From positions 1-61,938 of IMG/VR virus record IMGVR_UViG_3300044806_000236: 61,938 nucleotides of DNA; one strand, written 5' to 3'. The DNA is from a virus. Taxonomy: Duplodnaviria; Caudoviricetes. The notes beneath the pieces were generated by a model that was given only the letters and a program-made list of their open reading frames with translations, searched no databases and had not been told where the DNA came from. Positions 19,384 through 28,333 of this stretch are shown in pieces. Numbering within the stretch: position 1 is the stretch's first letter; each line of letters starts with the position of its first letter. Made by a program: the position numbers and the translations under genes.

Positions 19384-19787
19384 TTACTTAGGTCTCCGAT
19401 GACCCGCCCGGCGAAGTCGGTCGGCAGTTCGTTCATCTTGTCGTGGTTGATGCGGCCGCGCGCCACATTGAAGCGCTCGAGGATCTCGCCGGCACCGATC
19501 TTTGCGGTGGCGACCAGGTCAGAGACGCTGTAGCGCTTGTCCAGATGCATTCGATAGCCATGGGTTCCGGACAGCATCAGGTTGTGGATCGTCGCGATAC
19601 CCTGCTCGCCACGAACATTGACCGCCCACATGTGTCCCGGGTAATGGGCATGCAGCGCCTCGGCGATCACCTTGGCAGTCGAGATGTCGATCGCCTCCTG
19701 TTTCGCCTCGTTCTCATTGGCGATGACGATCGTGTCGTCGTACTGGGTGCGGATCGCCGGGGCGCCTTGCTGTGCGGTCATGTCCAT
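19380..19787 (-). CDS. Conserved hypothetical protein
   Basis: LHAHYPGHMWAV...GAGEILERF; ATGA overlap with the portal gene. Confidence 0.7.
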   Translation of the reverse strand: MDMTAQQGAPAIRTQYDDTIVIANENEAKQEAIDISTAKVIAEALHAHYPGHMWAVNVRGEQGIATIHNLMLSGTHGYRMHLDKRYSVSDLVATAKIGAGEILERFNVARGRINHDKMNELPTDFAGRVIGDLSK

Positions 19788-19889
19788 TCTGGTTCCGTTT
19801 CCTCTTGCATCAAGTTGGCCTTCTGGCCGTCAGATAGCCACAGGTATTCCTGCAGGCTGTAATACTGGCGGATTGCCTCTGGAAGTTGC

Positions 19890-20072
19890 TCATACGGGCT
19901 GGGGTTTTGGGTCTCTGAATCGCCGTCCATTACTGAACTCATAGCCAATGTCCTCTTGTTGGATCAGAACTTCACCAGCTTCAGCCCTGGCGATCGCCAC
20001 CTCTTCACTCCATAGGCGCTGGGTGAAGGTCGGCCCGCCAGGGTGATTGATCGGTACGTTAGGATCAGACAT
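19890..20072 (-). CDS. Hypothetical protein
   Basis: AGGAGG RBS. Confidence 0.6.
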   Translation of the reverse strand: MSDPNVPINHPGGPTFTQRLWSEEVAIARAEAGEVLIQQEDIGYEFSNGRRFRDPKPQPV

Positions 20073-20259
20073 GTAACGCCTCCTTTACTGCCAGTAGCGT
20101 CGGAAAGTAGAAATCCTTGGAGATCATCGCGCCAAAGCGGACAACCCGCAGCTCTGCAGAGATATAGAGCACTGATCGATAGTCATTGACGCGACAGACT
20201 CGCGGCATGGCAACGCGGATGCGAAACCTAGGGCGATTGTTGCGAAACAAGTCAAATGC
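20065..20259 (-). CDS. Hypothetical protein
   Basis: MAFDLFRNN... overlaps the terL stop. Confidence 0.45.
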   Translation of the reverse strand, partial: AFDLFRNNRPRFRIRVAMPRVCRVNDYRSVLYISAELRVVRFGAMISKDFYFPTLLAVKEALHV

Positions 20260-21871
20260 CATCGTCGAAAAACTCCGGTTCAAGCGACCGCTCATCGACA
20301 ATAATGGGCGGCTGCGGGTCAATGTCCTCGATACGGCTCATGGCGTCCACCAGGTCATCATGGACACCAAACGGAAACACCAGGAACTCCTCGAGGAAAT
20401 TCTTGTTGAGAGAATACATTCGCCCCTCTTCATCCGTGCGCTTTACCGGCTTATAGATACGGAACGCCTGTCCCTGCTCACGCATGCTGACCTGGGCCTT
20501 GGTTTCTGACTCAGCCACGGCCGGCAGAAAGAATCTACCAGCACGGAACCATGGCTCGAGGCGCTGCACCCGATCGGTCTTGCTACCCGGGCCTTCGCGC
20601 GGCCAGGCAAGCTCGGTGATCTCGAAGGCATCACCATCGCGGCGCATCATCTCTTCGAAGTATTCGAGGTCGCTGGTGCTGCCGTATCGCTCGTAGCCGA
20701 CAGTCACCGACTGTACCCCTGGCATGGCCATCCAGGTTCTGCGCAGCCCGCGGAGAGCTGTCCATCGCTCCGACAGGCTCATTCGATGATGGAATCCATC
20801 CACCAGCCACCGGTTGCTTGCAGAGTCGACGCCGATCACCGGCATGGCTGTGCGGTCGCTGCCCTTCTTCTTCGAGCTCGCCGGATCGCACAGGATGTAG
20901 ATATTGAGCGTGGCCGGCCTTACCTCCTGGAAGCGCAACCATTCCTTCTGGAAGATCGCGTTGTTGCCGGCCGCAGGGTTCTGGAGCATCTGGGCGGCCA
21001 GTACGCTGCTGGTCTGGCGCCGCTTCTTGTCTTCCCACACCTCTTTCGACAGGAACACAGGGTCGCCATTGCGTGTTCCACACTTCGTTGCAGGGTAGAT
21101 CCGAGGCTTGACGGCCTTCATCTCGATCATTGTATGGTACGAATCACCGAATGAATATCTGGTGCCGACGTGCCACGCCCGGGCCATGCCATTCTCGCCG
21201 CGGGCCCCCAGGTTGTCGGACAGCGACCATGCCTCGGTTGTCTTATTGACCATCTCGGGTGACGTCACGCTATCCAGGGTGACCACGTCATCATAGACGC
21301 GCAGCAGGAAGTGAGCCCCGGTCGGCTGGCCATCGACCAGGCCATGGCCCTCGATGGTTGCTTCTTTCGGGTTTCCAACTCGCCTGACAACGATGCCGCT
21401 ATCCTCCGACCATCGCGAGCTTTCCTTCTTCGGGTCGGCGAACAGCACCTCTGGATAGAGCTCCTGCAGCGTCCTGTTGCTCTCCAGCTCGTACTTGATC
21501 TGGCGCAGGAACTTGCGGGCGGTCGGCTTGTTGAAGCTGAAGATTCCGATCGTGATCTCGGGGTTGTTCAGGATCTCCTGGATAACGCCAGCAAACGTAA
21601 TCAAACTTGATTTTCCGTGCTCTCTAGCCCAGAGATCAAGGTATCCGTCTGGCTCCTGTTCTACCTCCCGGCACCGCTCATATAACCATTGGTGCCTCAG
21701 ATCTTTGCGGCCCAATAGTTTTGTCACCAAGAAAAAGCGATCTTTCCTTCCAAGATAGGCTATTTCCTTATTGTTGAAGTCTGGTGACTTATATGCCTCA
21801 AGGTAAAACCTCTCAGCCTGCTTCATGTTTGCCGTCTCATGGAGCCACTTTATCGCGGCATCAAGGTCCAT
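20252..21871 (-). CDS. terL: Terminase large subunit
   Basis: Walker A AREHGKS, Walker B LRVYDD, motif III GTRY, nuclease LCDPA..SDRTA and C-terminal HDDLVDA. Confidence 0.93.
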   Translation of the reverse strand: MDLDAAIKWLHETANMKQAERFYLEAYKSPDFNNKEIAYLGRKDRFFLVTKLLGRKDLRHQWLYERCREVEQEPDGYLDLWAREHGKSSLITFAGVIQEILNNPEITIGIFSFNKPTARKFLRQIKYELESNRTLQELYPEVLFADPKKESSRWSEDSGIVVRRVGNPKEATIEGHGLVDGQPTGAHFLLRVYDDVVTLDSVTSPEMVNKTTEAWSLSDNLGARGENGMARAWHVGTRYSFGDSYHTMIEMKAVKPRIYPATKCGTRNGDPVFLSKEVWEDKKRRQTSSVLAAQMLQNPAAGNNAIFQKEWLRFQEVRPATLNIYILCDPASSKKKGSDRTAMPVIGVDSASNRWLVDGFHHRMSLSERWTALRGLRRTWMAMPGVQSVTVGYERYGSTSDLEYFEEMMRRDGDAFEITELAWPREGPGSKTDRVQRLEPWFRAGRFFLPAVAESETKAQVSMREQGQAFRIYKPVKRTDEEGRMYSLNKNFLEEFLVFPFGVHDDLVDAMSRIEDIDPQPPIIVDERSLEPEFFDDGI

Positions 21872-22478
21872 TCGGTCGCCACTCGGACATCAGTTTCGCG
21901 CCTTTGCTGCGATTGCATGCAGGACACAGAAGCTGCAGGTTTTCTGGCCAGTTCGACCCACCACGGGAAAGCGGGTGGATATGATCTACGTTGTAGCCAA
22001 GCTCTGCCAAGTCACCACCGCACGACAAACACTTTCCACCCTGGGCGGAACGCAACGACTCAATGTCGCCCGATCCGTACCTTCCATCGGCGCCCAGTAT
22101 GGATGCCCTGCGCTTGGCCACAATGGCGCGCATTGCTTCCGGGTTGTTGCGAGCCCATGATCTGCACAGCTCGCGGTGCCTATCCAGGTTGCGCATGCGC
22201 CACTCGAGGTTTTTTGCCAGGATTTGCTGCTTGTTCTCTTCGTAGCGCGCCTTACGCCGCGCCTTCTTCGCCTCCTTGTTCTCCAGGTAGCTCAGGCGAA
22301 GACGAGCGGCCTCTGACGCTCGCTGTTCAGGCGTTGCTGCAAGGCGCCTAGCCTTACTTGCTGCGCTCTTGCATTCCCTACAAATTGAGTACCGGCCGTC
22401 TGGCGAATAGGGGTTCTTGCCAAATGAATCGAGACGCTTTACTGCTCCGCACCTCGAGCATGCCTTGTCATCACTCAC
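21861..22478 (-). CDS. HNH endonuclease between terS and terL
   Basis: CSRC/CREC zinc finger and VDHIHPLSRGGSNWPENLQLLCPACNRSKG; likely GTG start at 22478. Confidence 0.88.
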   Translation of the reverse strand: MSDDKACSRCGAVKRLDSFGKNPYSPDGRYSICRECKSAASKARRLAATPEQRASEAARLRLSYLENKEAKKARRKARYEENKQQILAKNLEWRMRNLDRHRELCRSWARNNPEAMRAIVAKRRASILGADGRYGSGDIESLRSAQGGKCLSCGGDLAELGYNVDHIHPLSRGGSNWPENLQLLCPACNRSKGAKLMSEWRPNGP

Positions 22479-22830
22479 CGCTGGCCTTCTGCACCATATC
22501 TGAGAAATCAAGCTCGACCTTGTGGGTGACAGAGCCGCTAACCTCATGCTGCACAGGCAGGTCAGGGTCGCCGGCTACGATCGTTCGGCCGAGCTTTGGT
22601 ACGTGGTATTCGATCACCGACTGGAACAGGGCGAATGCCTTCTCGGGATTTGGTGGCACTACGTAGTCGCCATCAACGATGACTCCGTCAGCTACCTTGT
22701 CCAGCCAATCCTGGAGCCGGCCGGCATTGCCATTGACGAACGTGGCGATCGCCTGCCTCGCCTCGACGGTGGTTTTGTTCGGAACACCCTTGCGGCTTCC
22801 GCCACCAGTTTTAACTCCGTTGCGTGCCAT
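22471..22830 (-). CDS. terS: Putative terminase small subunit
   Basis: KTGGGSRKGVPNKTT N-terminus and EYHVPKL; position upstream of terL. Confidence 0.7.
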   Translation of the reverse strand: MARNGVKTGGGSRKGVPNKTTVEARQAIATFVNGNAGRLQDWLDKVADGVIVDGDYVVPPNPEKAFALFQSVIEYHVPKLGRTIVAGDPDLPVQHEVSGSVTHKVELDFSDMVQKASGE

Positions 22831-23150
22831 TATAAAATCACATCCAATCTCTCTTTGTGATTAGAAAATCCTATCACAACATCCTCGGCCCGCGGCATCA
22901 GCCAGGCTGGGAAGACAACATCGCCAAACGATATGGCCCTTCTGTAGGCGTTGCACCTGCGGCGGCGCCCTTTGCTGCTTACCCATGAGACTGCATCGAT
23001 CTCTACCATGGCCCGGCCCTCGAGCCTGATCAGCACCCTGGCTATCTTCCGCCACGACTCGCCGGTCTCGATAGCGAGCTCTCTGGCGGTTGCGAAGTCT
23101 TGGCCGCGGGCCTTCAAGTGGTCCATGAGCAACTGTTCTATCTCATCCAT
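22830..23150 (-). CDS. Winged-HTH-like protein, first gene of the late arm
   Basis: ATARELAIETGESWRKIARVLIRLE. Confidence 0.55.
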   Translation of the reverse strand: MDEIEQLLMDHLKARGQDFATARELAIETGESWRKIARVLIRLEGRAMVEIDAVSWVSSKGRRRRCNAYRRAISFGDVVFPAWLMPRAEDVVIGFSNHKERLDVIL

Positions 23151-23376
23151 CCAGTAGGCCTCGCCTGATTTAGCGCGATTCTACTAAACAACTGAATATA
23201 AACACAGCCCCCCATGAACTCACTCATTTGCGACCTGGGAAAAAAATTTCCCCCGGAGCGAACTCGACGGGGGCGAAACCGGTTGTCAAACCGGTTGGAG
23301 GGGAGATGACGTTGCTGATTCTACGCGGCATTGAGACGTGCCTCAACTTTTTTTCAACTTTTTTTCGTTTGCCCTA

Positions 23377-23404
23377 TTGACATCCTCTCACTAAAGAGTA
23401 GAGT
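23377..23404 (+). promoter_or_regulatory. Sigma70-type early promoter
   Basis: TTGACA-16 bp-TAGAGT; upstream T tracts at 23344-23365; CTCT-N6-AGAG dyad in the spacer. Confidence 0.7.
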
Positions 23405-23425
23405 GTTACTCAACACAGCAGCAAG

Positions 23426-23438
23426 CGCTCCTTAAAAA
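23426..23438 (+). promoter_or_regulatory. boxA-like antitermination element
   Basis: CGCTCCTTAAAAA resembles boxA (GCTCTTTAACA), about 20 nt downstream of the promoter. Confidence 0.55.
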
Positions 23439-23459
23439 CCCGGCAGCAACAAAACAGCA

Positions 23460-23718
23460 ACACCGACCCGCGAAGCCACGAAGGCTCCCCGCTCAGTAGA
23501 AGTGGTCGAAAGCAACAAGTTCTCGGTGGTTGAGAACCGTTAGAGCACTTGGGGAAACGCCCGAAGGAGTAAAGAGCCGCAAGGCCTCAGAAACTGCACG
23601 GCGCAACGGCGGCACCCCCGCCCAACAACAAGCGCAGCACTCCGGTAGTTCCAGCGGTATCTAGTTCGTCTCAGCCACCACCCCAGAGCGCCTGCCACAG
23701 CGGACGCTACGGAGTGCT
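23460..23718 (+). ncRNA. Structured ORF-free early leader RNA
   Basis: Hairpins CGACC/GGTCG, GTTCTC/GAGAAC, GCC-GCAA-GGC and AGCACTCC.GTAG/CTACGGAGTGCT. Confidence 0.5.
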
Positions 23719-23736
23719 AACCAACAGGAGAACACC

Positions 23737-23904
23737 ATGAGCTACCTGCAAGAAGCCGTCGCCGAGTACGCCCGCGAACACGGTCGTCTCGATACCAACC
23801 GGGCCTGGATAATCAGCCCGTTCGACACCTGGGAGCGCAACCCCTTCTACCAGGGGCCGCCGCAGCCCCACCCGGAAGAATACGAGTACGACGACGCCCA
23901 ATAA
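23737..23904 (+). CDS. Small early protein (55 aa)
   Basis: CAGGAG RBS; MSYLQEAV...AWIISPFDTWERNPFYQGPPQPHPE; below the ORF-track cutoff. Confidence 0.75.
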   Translation: MSYLQEAVAEYAREHGRLDTNRAWIISPFDTWERNPFYQGPPQPHPEEYEYDDAQ

Positions 23905-24017
23905 CCCCCAGCGCCTCCCCCGAGGCGCCACCTCTCAGCCAGTTCGGCAGCCCCCGCGATAGACGACGGTCTTAGGGGTGAGCTGGCTGAGAAGTGATCA
24001 ACCAACCGGAGACTGAA

Positions 24018-24203
24018 ATGATCCGCCGCACCAAAGAACAGAAGCAAGCTCTTGAAGCCTACCGCTTCGCCGAGCGCCAGGAAGACCGCTACATGGGCAG
24101 CGTGTTCGTCACGCCGTCCGGACAGCGAGACTACGAAGCCAAGACCCGCGCCGCCTATGAGCGTTGCAAGACTCTTGGCATGACCTACGAACACGGACTC
24201 TAG
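24018..24203 (+). CDS. Early hypothetical protein
   Basis: GGAG RBS before ATG 24018. Confidence 0.7.
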   Translation: MIRRTKEQKQALEAYRFAERQEDRYMGSVFVTPSGQRDYEAKTRAAYERCKTLGMTYEHGL

Positions 24204-24212
24204 GAGAGAACC

Positions 24213-24476
24213 ATGATCCGCTTAACCAACCTTAAAACCTGCGTCTCCAAGGAATTCCCTGACAGCCTTCTCGCTAATGTCTGCCTGCAGGTAGCCGGCG
24301 GCGGCTGGACAACGGCGCAGACCGCGAAGGCCATGTGCCTTCAGTCCTCTGTCAAGCGAGACGGCAAGGCCAAGATCAAGAATGTCCTGATCGAGATTGT
24401 CGATGACACCCCTGTCGAAGGCCGGATGTTCGACATGGCCTACGAAGACCAGTGCCGCGATGCCTGCGGCCTTTGA
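24213..24476 (+). CDS. Early hypothetical protein
   Basis: AGGAG RBS; ends YEDQCRDACGL. Confidence 0.7.
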   Translation: MIRLTNLKTCVSKEFPDSLLANVCLQVAGGGWTTAQTAKAMCLQSSVKRDGKAKIKNVLIEIVDDTPVEGRMFDMAYEDQCRDACGL

Positions 24477-24492
24477 GTTACACCACCAGGAG

Positions 24493-24687
24493 ATGAACAT
24501 GCTCTACAACGCCCGCCCCGTTCGCTCAGTCGATCGCCGTGTCGTTCCCAATCAAGGGGAAATCGGAATCTACTGGCCCTACAGCGACTACACCGACATC
24601 TTCAACGCCGACCACTTCAATGCTGACGAATGGCTGCAGCAGTCGATTGATCAGCGAGAAGACTGCGAAGTGATCAACCCGCAATGA
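24493..24687 (+). CDS. Early hypothetical protein
   Basis: CAGGAG RBS; start at 24493 or 24499. Confidence 0.6.
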   Translation: MNMLYNARPVRSVDRRVVPNQGEIGIYWPYSDYTDIFNADHFNADEWLQQSIDQREDCEVINPQ

Positions 24688-24768
24688 GTTCCCACCACCA
24701 AGCCTTCGGGCTTGCTAGTGGCAATTCCGCTACTCCCGCACCTTACGGGTAACAACAGGAGCATTACC

Positions 24769-25065
24769 ATGGCCAACACAGCCACCGTCACCTCCCTCTC
24801 CACCCTCAAGCAGCGCAACCTGATCGATCGCGCGGTCGAGCTCAAGACTCTGATCGATGGCGCCAAGGACGAATTATCCGAGATCCTCGACCAGTTCAAA
24901 GCCATGGGCGACAACGACTACGTCGGCCGCGATGGCCACAAGATCCAGGTTCGCTCCTCCGAGCGCCAGTCGCTTGATGCGGCCCTGGTCAAGGGGATGC
25001 TTACCCCATCGCAGATTGCTGCGGCGACCAAGTCTTCCTTCGTTATCACGGCGAAGGTTCTGTGA
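24769..25065 (+). CDS. Early hypothetical protein
   Basis: CAGGAG RBS; MANTATVT... Confidence 0.7.
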   Translation: MANTATVTSLSTLKQRNLIDRAVELKTLIDGAKDELSEILDQFKAMGDNDYVGRDGHKIQVRSSERQSLDAALVKGMLTPSQIAAATKSSFVITAKVL

Positions 25066-25184
25066 TGCAAGACTACAAGCCCCGCCCGATTTTTCTCAAG
25101 CGCAAGACGCCGGTTTGGGTCAATCCACTAATCGCACTGGTGGCCGGAATCATCATCGGCATCGTGCTTACACTCAATATCTAG
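25065..25184 (+). CDS. 39-aa membrane peptide
   Basis: TGATG coupling; C-terminal hydrophobic helix. Confidence 0.55.
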   Translation: MQDYKPRPIFLKRKTPVWVNPLIALVAGIIIGIVLTLNI

Positions 25185-25193
25185 GGGATCACC

Positions 25194-25556
25194 ATGAAAG
25201 TCCATACCCTGAACATCAAGTGGGGCACCTCTCGCGGCGCCTCGACCTACGGCTACACAACCTGCAGCCTGCGCGACCAACGCGGCAATCGACGGGCCTA
25301 CTGCCATGGAGGTGGTTACGACATGCGCGGAACCGTCTTTGGTGACTGGCTTGCTGAAGAATACCAGCAGAAGCTTTCCGCTTTGCCTGACAAGGCATTC
25401 TACGGGCTTCACAAGAATGGTTCGCGAGTCAGCATCGATGGTGCCTGTGGGTTTGAGTCAGTCCGCAATATCGCCGAGGCGCTTGACCTCGAAGTAAATC
25501 TGATTGATGCCGGCAAGAACCTCGACATCATCACCGTTATCGACAAGGAGAACTGA
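25194..25556 (+). CDS. Early hypothetical protein
   Basis: GGGYDMRGTVFGDW and IDGACG motifs. Confidence 0.75.
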   Translation: MKVHTLNIKWGTSRGASTYGYTTCSLRDQRGNRRAYCHGGGYDMRGTVFGDWLAEEYQQKLSALPDKAFYGLHKNGSRVSIDGACGFESVRNIAEALDLEVNLIDAGKNLDIITVIDKEN

Positions 25557-25558
25557 CC

Positions 25559-25939
25559 ATGGCATCAATTCAAATCGTCCATGTCGGAGACAGCTCCGAC
25601 ATCTCCGCTCTCAAGGCCAACTTCAACCGGATGCTCATTGAGCACCTGACTCATGGCGGCCCGGCGCCAACTCCGCCAAGGACGCAGACCCTGCTCGAGC
25701 TGATCGAAAAGCGCGGCCTGACCGACAAGAAAGTCCAGGCAAATGCTCGGCGCCGCGCCAAGTACGTTCCGGCCGGCCCGATGCATGCATACCCGACTAT
25801 CCACGAAGTCCAGCACCGCCTGACCATTGAATCACAGGGTCCGCTGGTCACCTACGACGGCGATGGTGGATTCTCAAGCCGAGGCCTTACCGACTGGTAC
25901 GTGGATCTGTTCTGCACCAGCAACCACCTGAAGCACTGA
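25559..25939 (+). CDS. Early hypothetical protein
   Basis: AAGGAG RBS. Confidence 0.65.
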   Translation: MASIQIVHVGDSSDISALKANFNRMLIEHLTHGGPAPTPPRTQTLLELIEKRGLTDKKVQANARRRAKYVPAGPMHAYPTIHEVQHRLTIESQGPLVTYDGDGGFSSRGLTDWYVDLFCTSNHLKH

Positions 25940-25951
25940 AAGGGGAAAGAG

Positions 25952-26152
25952 ATGACAAAGATCAAATTCACAGCAGCCCAGGTTGCAGCTCGAGGACTTC
26001 CACCGCGGCCACTCTATTTCGAGTACGACGAACGCAGCGGAAGACTAGAAGACTTCAGCGCCTGGGTCGAACGGGTCATTGACGAAGATAAGCTTCGAGC
26101 CATTGATTCACTTCAGGCGGAGGCCGATGCAAGACTATCAATCAGCCACTGA
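25952..26152 (+). CDS. Early hypothetical protein
   Basis: RBS present; followed by a terminator. Confidence 0.6.
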   Translation: MTKIKFTAAQVAARGLPPRPLYFEYDERSGRLEDFSAWVERVIDEDKLRAIDSLQAEADARLSISH

Positions 26153-26159
26153 AACGAAA

Positions 26160-26192
26160 CCCCCTCGGCGAAAGCCCTGGGGGATTTTTTTT
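26160..26192 (+). terminator. Rho-independent terminator of the early operon
   Basis: CCCCC..GGC-GAAA-GCC..GGGGG followed by T8, at the convergence point. Confidence 0.8.
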
Positions 26193-26197
26193 GCCTT

Positions 26198-26482
26198 TTA
26201 TTCTTGATCTCTTCCGCGGCGCTTGCTGGCGCATATCCTTTTCCAGTGATCGTCGCGACAGGCCTCATCGCAGTAGCTTGGCATGATTGCGCACTCTTCG
26301 CGAATCTCAATGACCTCGGCCTCGGTGACCAGGCGCTCGCCGCAGTTCTTGCAGCATCCCTCGCCATGTGGCCACGAACTTCCTGACGCCTTTTCTTTTT
26401 CGGCCTGATACCTTGTTTCGCTGATGATTGCCTCGAGTATTTTCTCGGCCCTCTCGTTCCCCAGATCTGCTTCGTCAGCCAT
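26198..26482 (-). CDS. TraR/DksA-like zinc-finger protein
   Basis: MADEADLG N-terminus; CKNC...YCDEAC. Confidence 0.6.
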   Translation of the reverse strand: MADEADLGNERAEKILEAIISETRYQAEKEKASGSSWPHGEGCCKNCGERLVTEAEVIEIREECAIMPSYCDEACRDDHWKRICASKRRGRDQE

Positions 26483-26496
26483 TTTTTACAGCCCCC

Positions 26497-26931
26497 TTAA
26501 TATTCATTTTCGTTCGGCATGACCAATACTCCGCGCATCCACGGAATGACTTTGACACGGAGGCCGTAAATTACTCCATGGCTGCCATATTTCGCATCGA
26601 ACGAAAACGCATACCTTGACCCTGGCTCCATCATCAGGTCCGAATAGTCTTCTGACCCGATCAGCAACACCTCCGGATGCATGCCGAAAAAGTCGCTGAT
26701 TGAATCACCCTGTTTGAACAGGCGCTCCATGAAAGTGTCGGCATCGATCGTGTGGCGCTCAACAGAAACCGTCTGCTCTACATAAAAGGCGCGAAGTTTT
26801 CGTAGCACATAAAAGCACGCCCTCTGAAGCCATACAGCCGGCCGATCTTTGCGAAGCTGAAAAGCCTCTTCGAAGTCGCGAAAATCAATCTGCCTTTCGT
26901 GGGCCAAGAACTCGATTTGGTACTTGCCCAT
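26497..26931 (-). CDS. Hypothetical protein
   Basis: Start MGKYQI with AGGGG RBS. Confidence 0.6.
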   Translation of the reverse strand: MGKYQIEFLAHERQIDFRDFEEAFQLRKDRPAVWLQRACFYVLRKLRAFYVEQTVSVERHTIDADTFMERLFKQGDSISDFFGMHPEVLLIGSEDYSDLMMEPGSRYAFSFDAKYGSHGVIYGLRVKVIPWMRGVLVMPNENEY

Positions 26932-26932
26932 T

Positions 26933-27169
26933 TCAACCCCCTGAAGAAACCGGCATACCGTCACTCTCGTTCGGATAGATGTCGTGTCGAAGCTGGTGCG
27001 GGGTGACCTTCCAGTCGATCAGCTTGCAGACCGGGATGACCTGTGGCGGCGGACAGTAGCCCCACTTATAGACGGCGGTCTTGTGGAGGCCCAGGGCAAG
27101 GGAAAGCTTTACGGGGCCGCCGGCCAACTCAATTGCCTTGGCAAGTTCCGTGAATCGAGAATCAGTCAT
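26933..27169 (-). CDS. Cro/YdaS-like HTH regulator
   Basis: AIELAGG..KLSLALG....VYKW...VTPHQLRHDIYP. Confidence 0.8.
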   Translation of the reverse strand: MTDSRFTELAKAIELAGGPVKLSLALGLHKTAVYKWGYCPPPQVIPVCKLIDWKVTPHQLRHDIYPNESDGMPVSSGG

Positions 27170-27638
27170 TTTGAATCCTTTGCTTGTGACAGAGACTCAC
27201 TCTACCATAACAGCCTGCCGAATCTACACACAAACTACCGCGCATTTTTTTCTTCCTGTATTCCTTGATGCTGATGCCGAGCAGCGCCTTCATCAGCTTT
27301 TTCTTCAGGATGTACTCGCGAGTTGAAACCCCTTTGGCGTCCTCGACAACTCGGTTCCCATCGATGTCGACGTACACGAAGTCGGCGATGTAGTGGCAGA
27401 TCAGCTCCCGATCGATCTCGAGCGCGAACCTCACCTGGCGCTCCAGCCCGAATATTGCGCCGGCCTTCTGCAGCATGACGAGCTGGCCATGCCGATCGGC
27501 CTCAAGCTTTGAGTCGAACTTGATTCCGCCAACCGTCGTCTTTGTGTTACCGAACTTTGGTTTCTTCGCGACGGCTACACTTGCCGGAGCCCGCTTCTTG
27601 CCGAATGCAGCAAGCTGTTCTTCAGACCACCGCAGCAT
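27162..27638 (-). CDS. DUF1064-like PD-(D/E)xK endonuclease
   Basis: KFGNTKT..GIKFDSKLEA, YIADFVY and VVEDAKG. Confidence 0.85.
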   Translation of the reverse strand: MLRWSEEQLAAFGKKRAPASVAVAKKPKFGNTKTTVGGIKFDSKLEADRHGQLVMLQKAGAIFGLERQVRFALEIDRELICHYIADFVYVDIDGNRVVEDAKGVSTREYILKKKLMKALLGISIKEYRKKKMRGSLCVDSAGCYGRVSLCHKQRIQND

Positions 27639-27807
27639 GATATTCCTCGTCCTTTGGATGTGATACGCCAGGAACCCATAGGCCATTCTTCGCCAGATAG
27701 TCCGAGTCCGTCTTGCGCTGGCACCCAGCGCACATTTGATCGACAGCCCGCCGGTCGAACCTGCACAGGCGATCTTTGTCGTACTCTTGGCATCCGTATC
27801 GAGTCAT
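27622..27807 (-). CDS. Small Cys-containing protein
   Basis: ATGA-coupled ORF. Confidence 0.5.
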   Translation of the reverse strand: MTRYGCQEYDKDRLCRFDRRAVDQMCAGCQRKTDSDYLAKNGLWVPGVSHPKDEEYHAAVV

Positions 27808-28103
27808 GCGAGTTCAACCTTTCCAGACTTCACCAGCTCAACCAACGTGAGATTTATCGCCTTGCTCATTCTTGCTCGGCGCTCGTCACGGTCGAGGTCG
27901 CGGCCATGGTCAATCTCGGAATGGCATGTCGGGCAAAGCGCCGCGGTCAAACAATCGTGCTGCTTCATCCCCTTGCCCTTCCCTTCGTTCTGGTGCGCGG
28001 CCTGGACGCCGTAGGAACCGCACAGTACGCAGTAGTGCAGTGAGCGCACCGCGGCGAGCCACTTATCGGAGCGGTACGGGATGTCCTTTGGGCGTGGTGT
28101 CAT
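27804..28103 (-). CDS. DUF968/DUF1364-like His-Cys nuclease
   Basis: CVLCG..QAAH..GKGMK.HD..ALCPTCH. Confidence 0.8.
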   Translation of the reverse strand: MTPRPKDIPYRSDKWLAAVRSLHYCVLCGSYGVQAAHQNEGKGKGMKQHDCLTAALCPTCHSEIDHGRDLDRDERRARMSKAINLTLVELVKSGKVELA

Positions 28104-28333
28104 TTGTTTATGAATCCATCTAAGTAGGATCTAACTGCATCAAGATCGCCGTTTTTGTAGAATGAACCGATGTACATTTTGTCACCACCTTTGATCTGGC
28201 GATGCGTATGTACTGTGTGGCGAAACACGGCATTCAGCTTTCCTCTGTACTCCGAGCGAAATACGGCAATCTGGCTGTGGCGTGTGGCGCCTTCGATTCT
28301 TTGCATGATGTGACGTAGTGTTGCTTCGCTCAT
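28100..28333 (-). CDS. Hypothetical protein
   Basis: ATGA coupling at both ends. Confidence 0.6.
   Translation of the reverse strand: MSEATLRHIMQRIEGATRHSQIAVFRSEYRGKLNAVFRHTVHTHRQIKGGDKMYIGSFYKNGDLDAVRSYLDGFINK

Noticed and set aside
23460-24765. CRISPR or mini-array
   Set aside because: The hairpins differ in sequence, there is no constant repeat-spacer period, and no cas genes are present.
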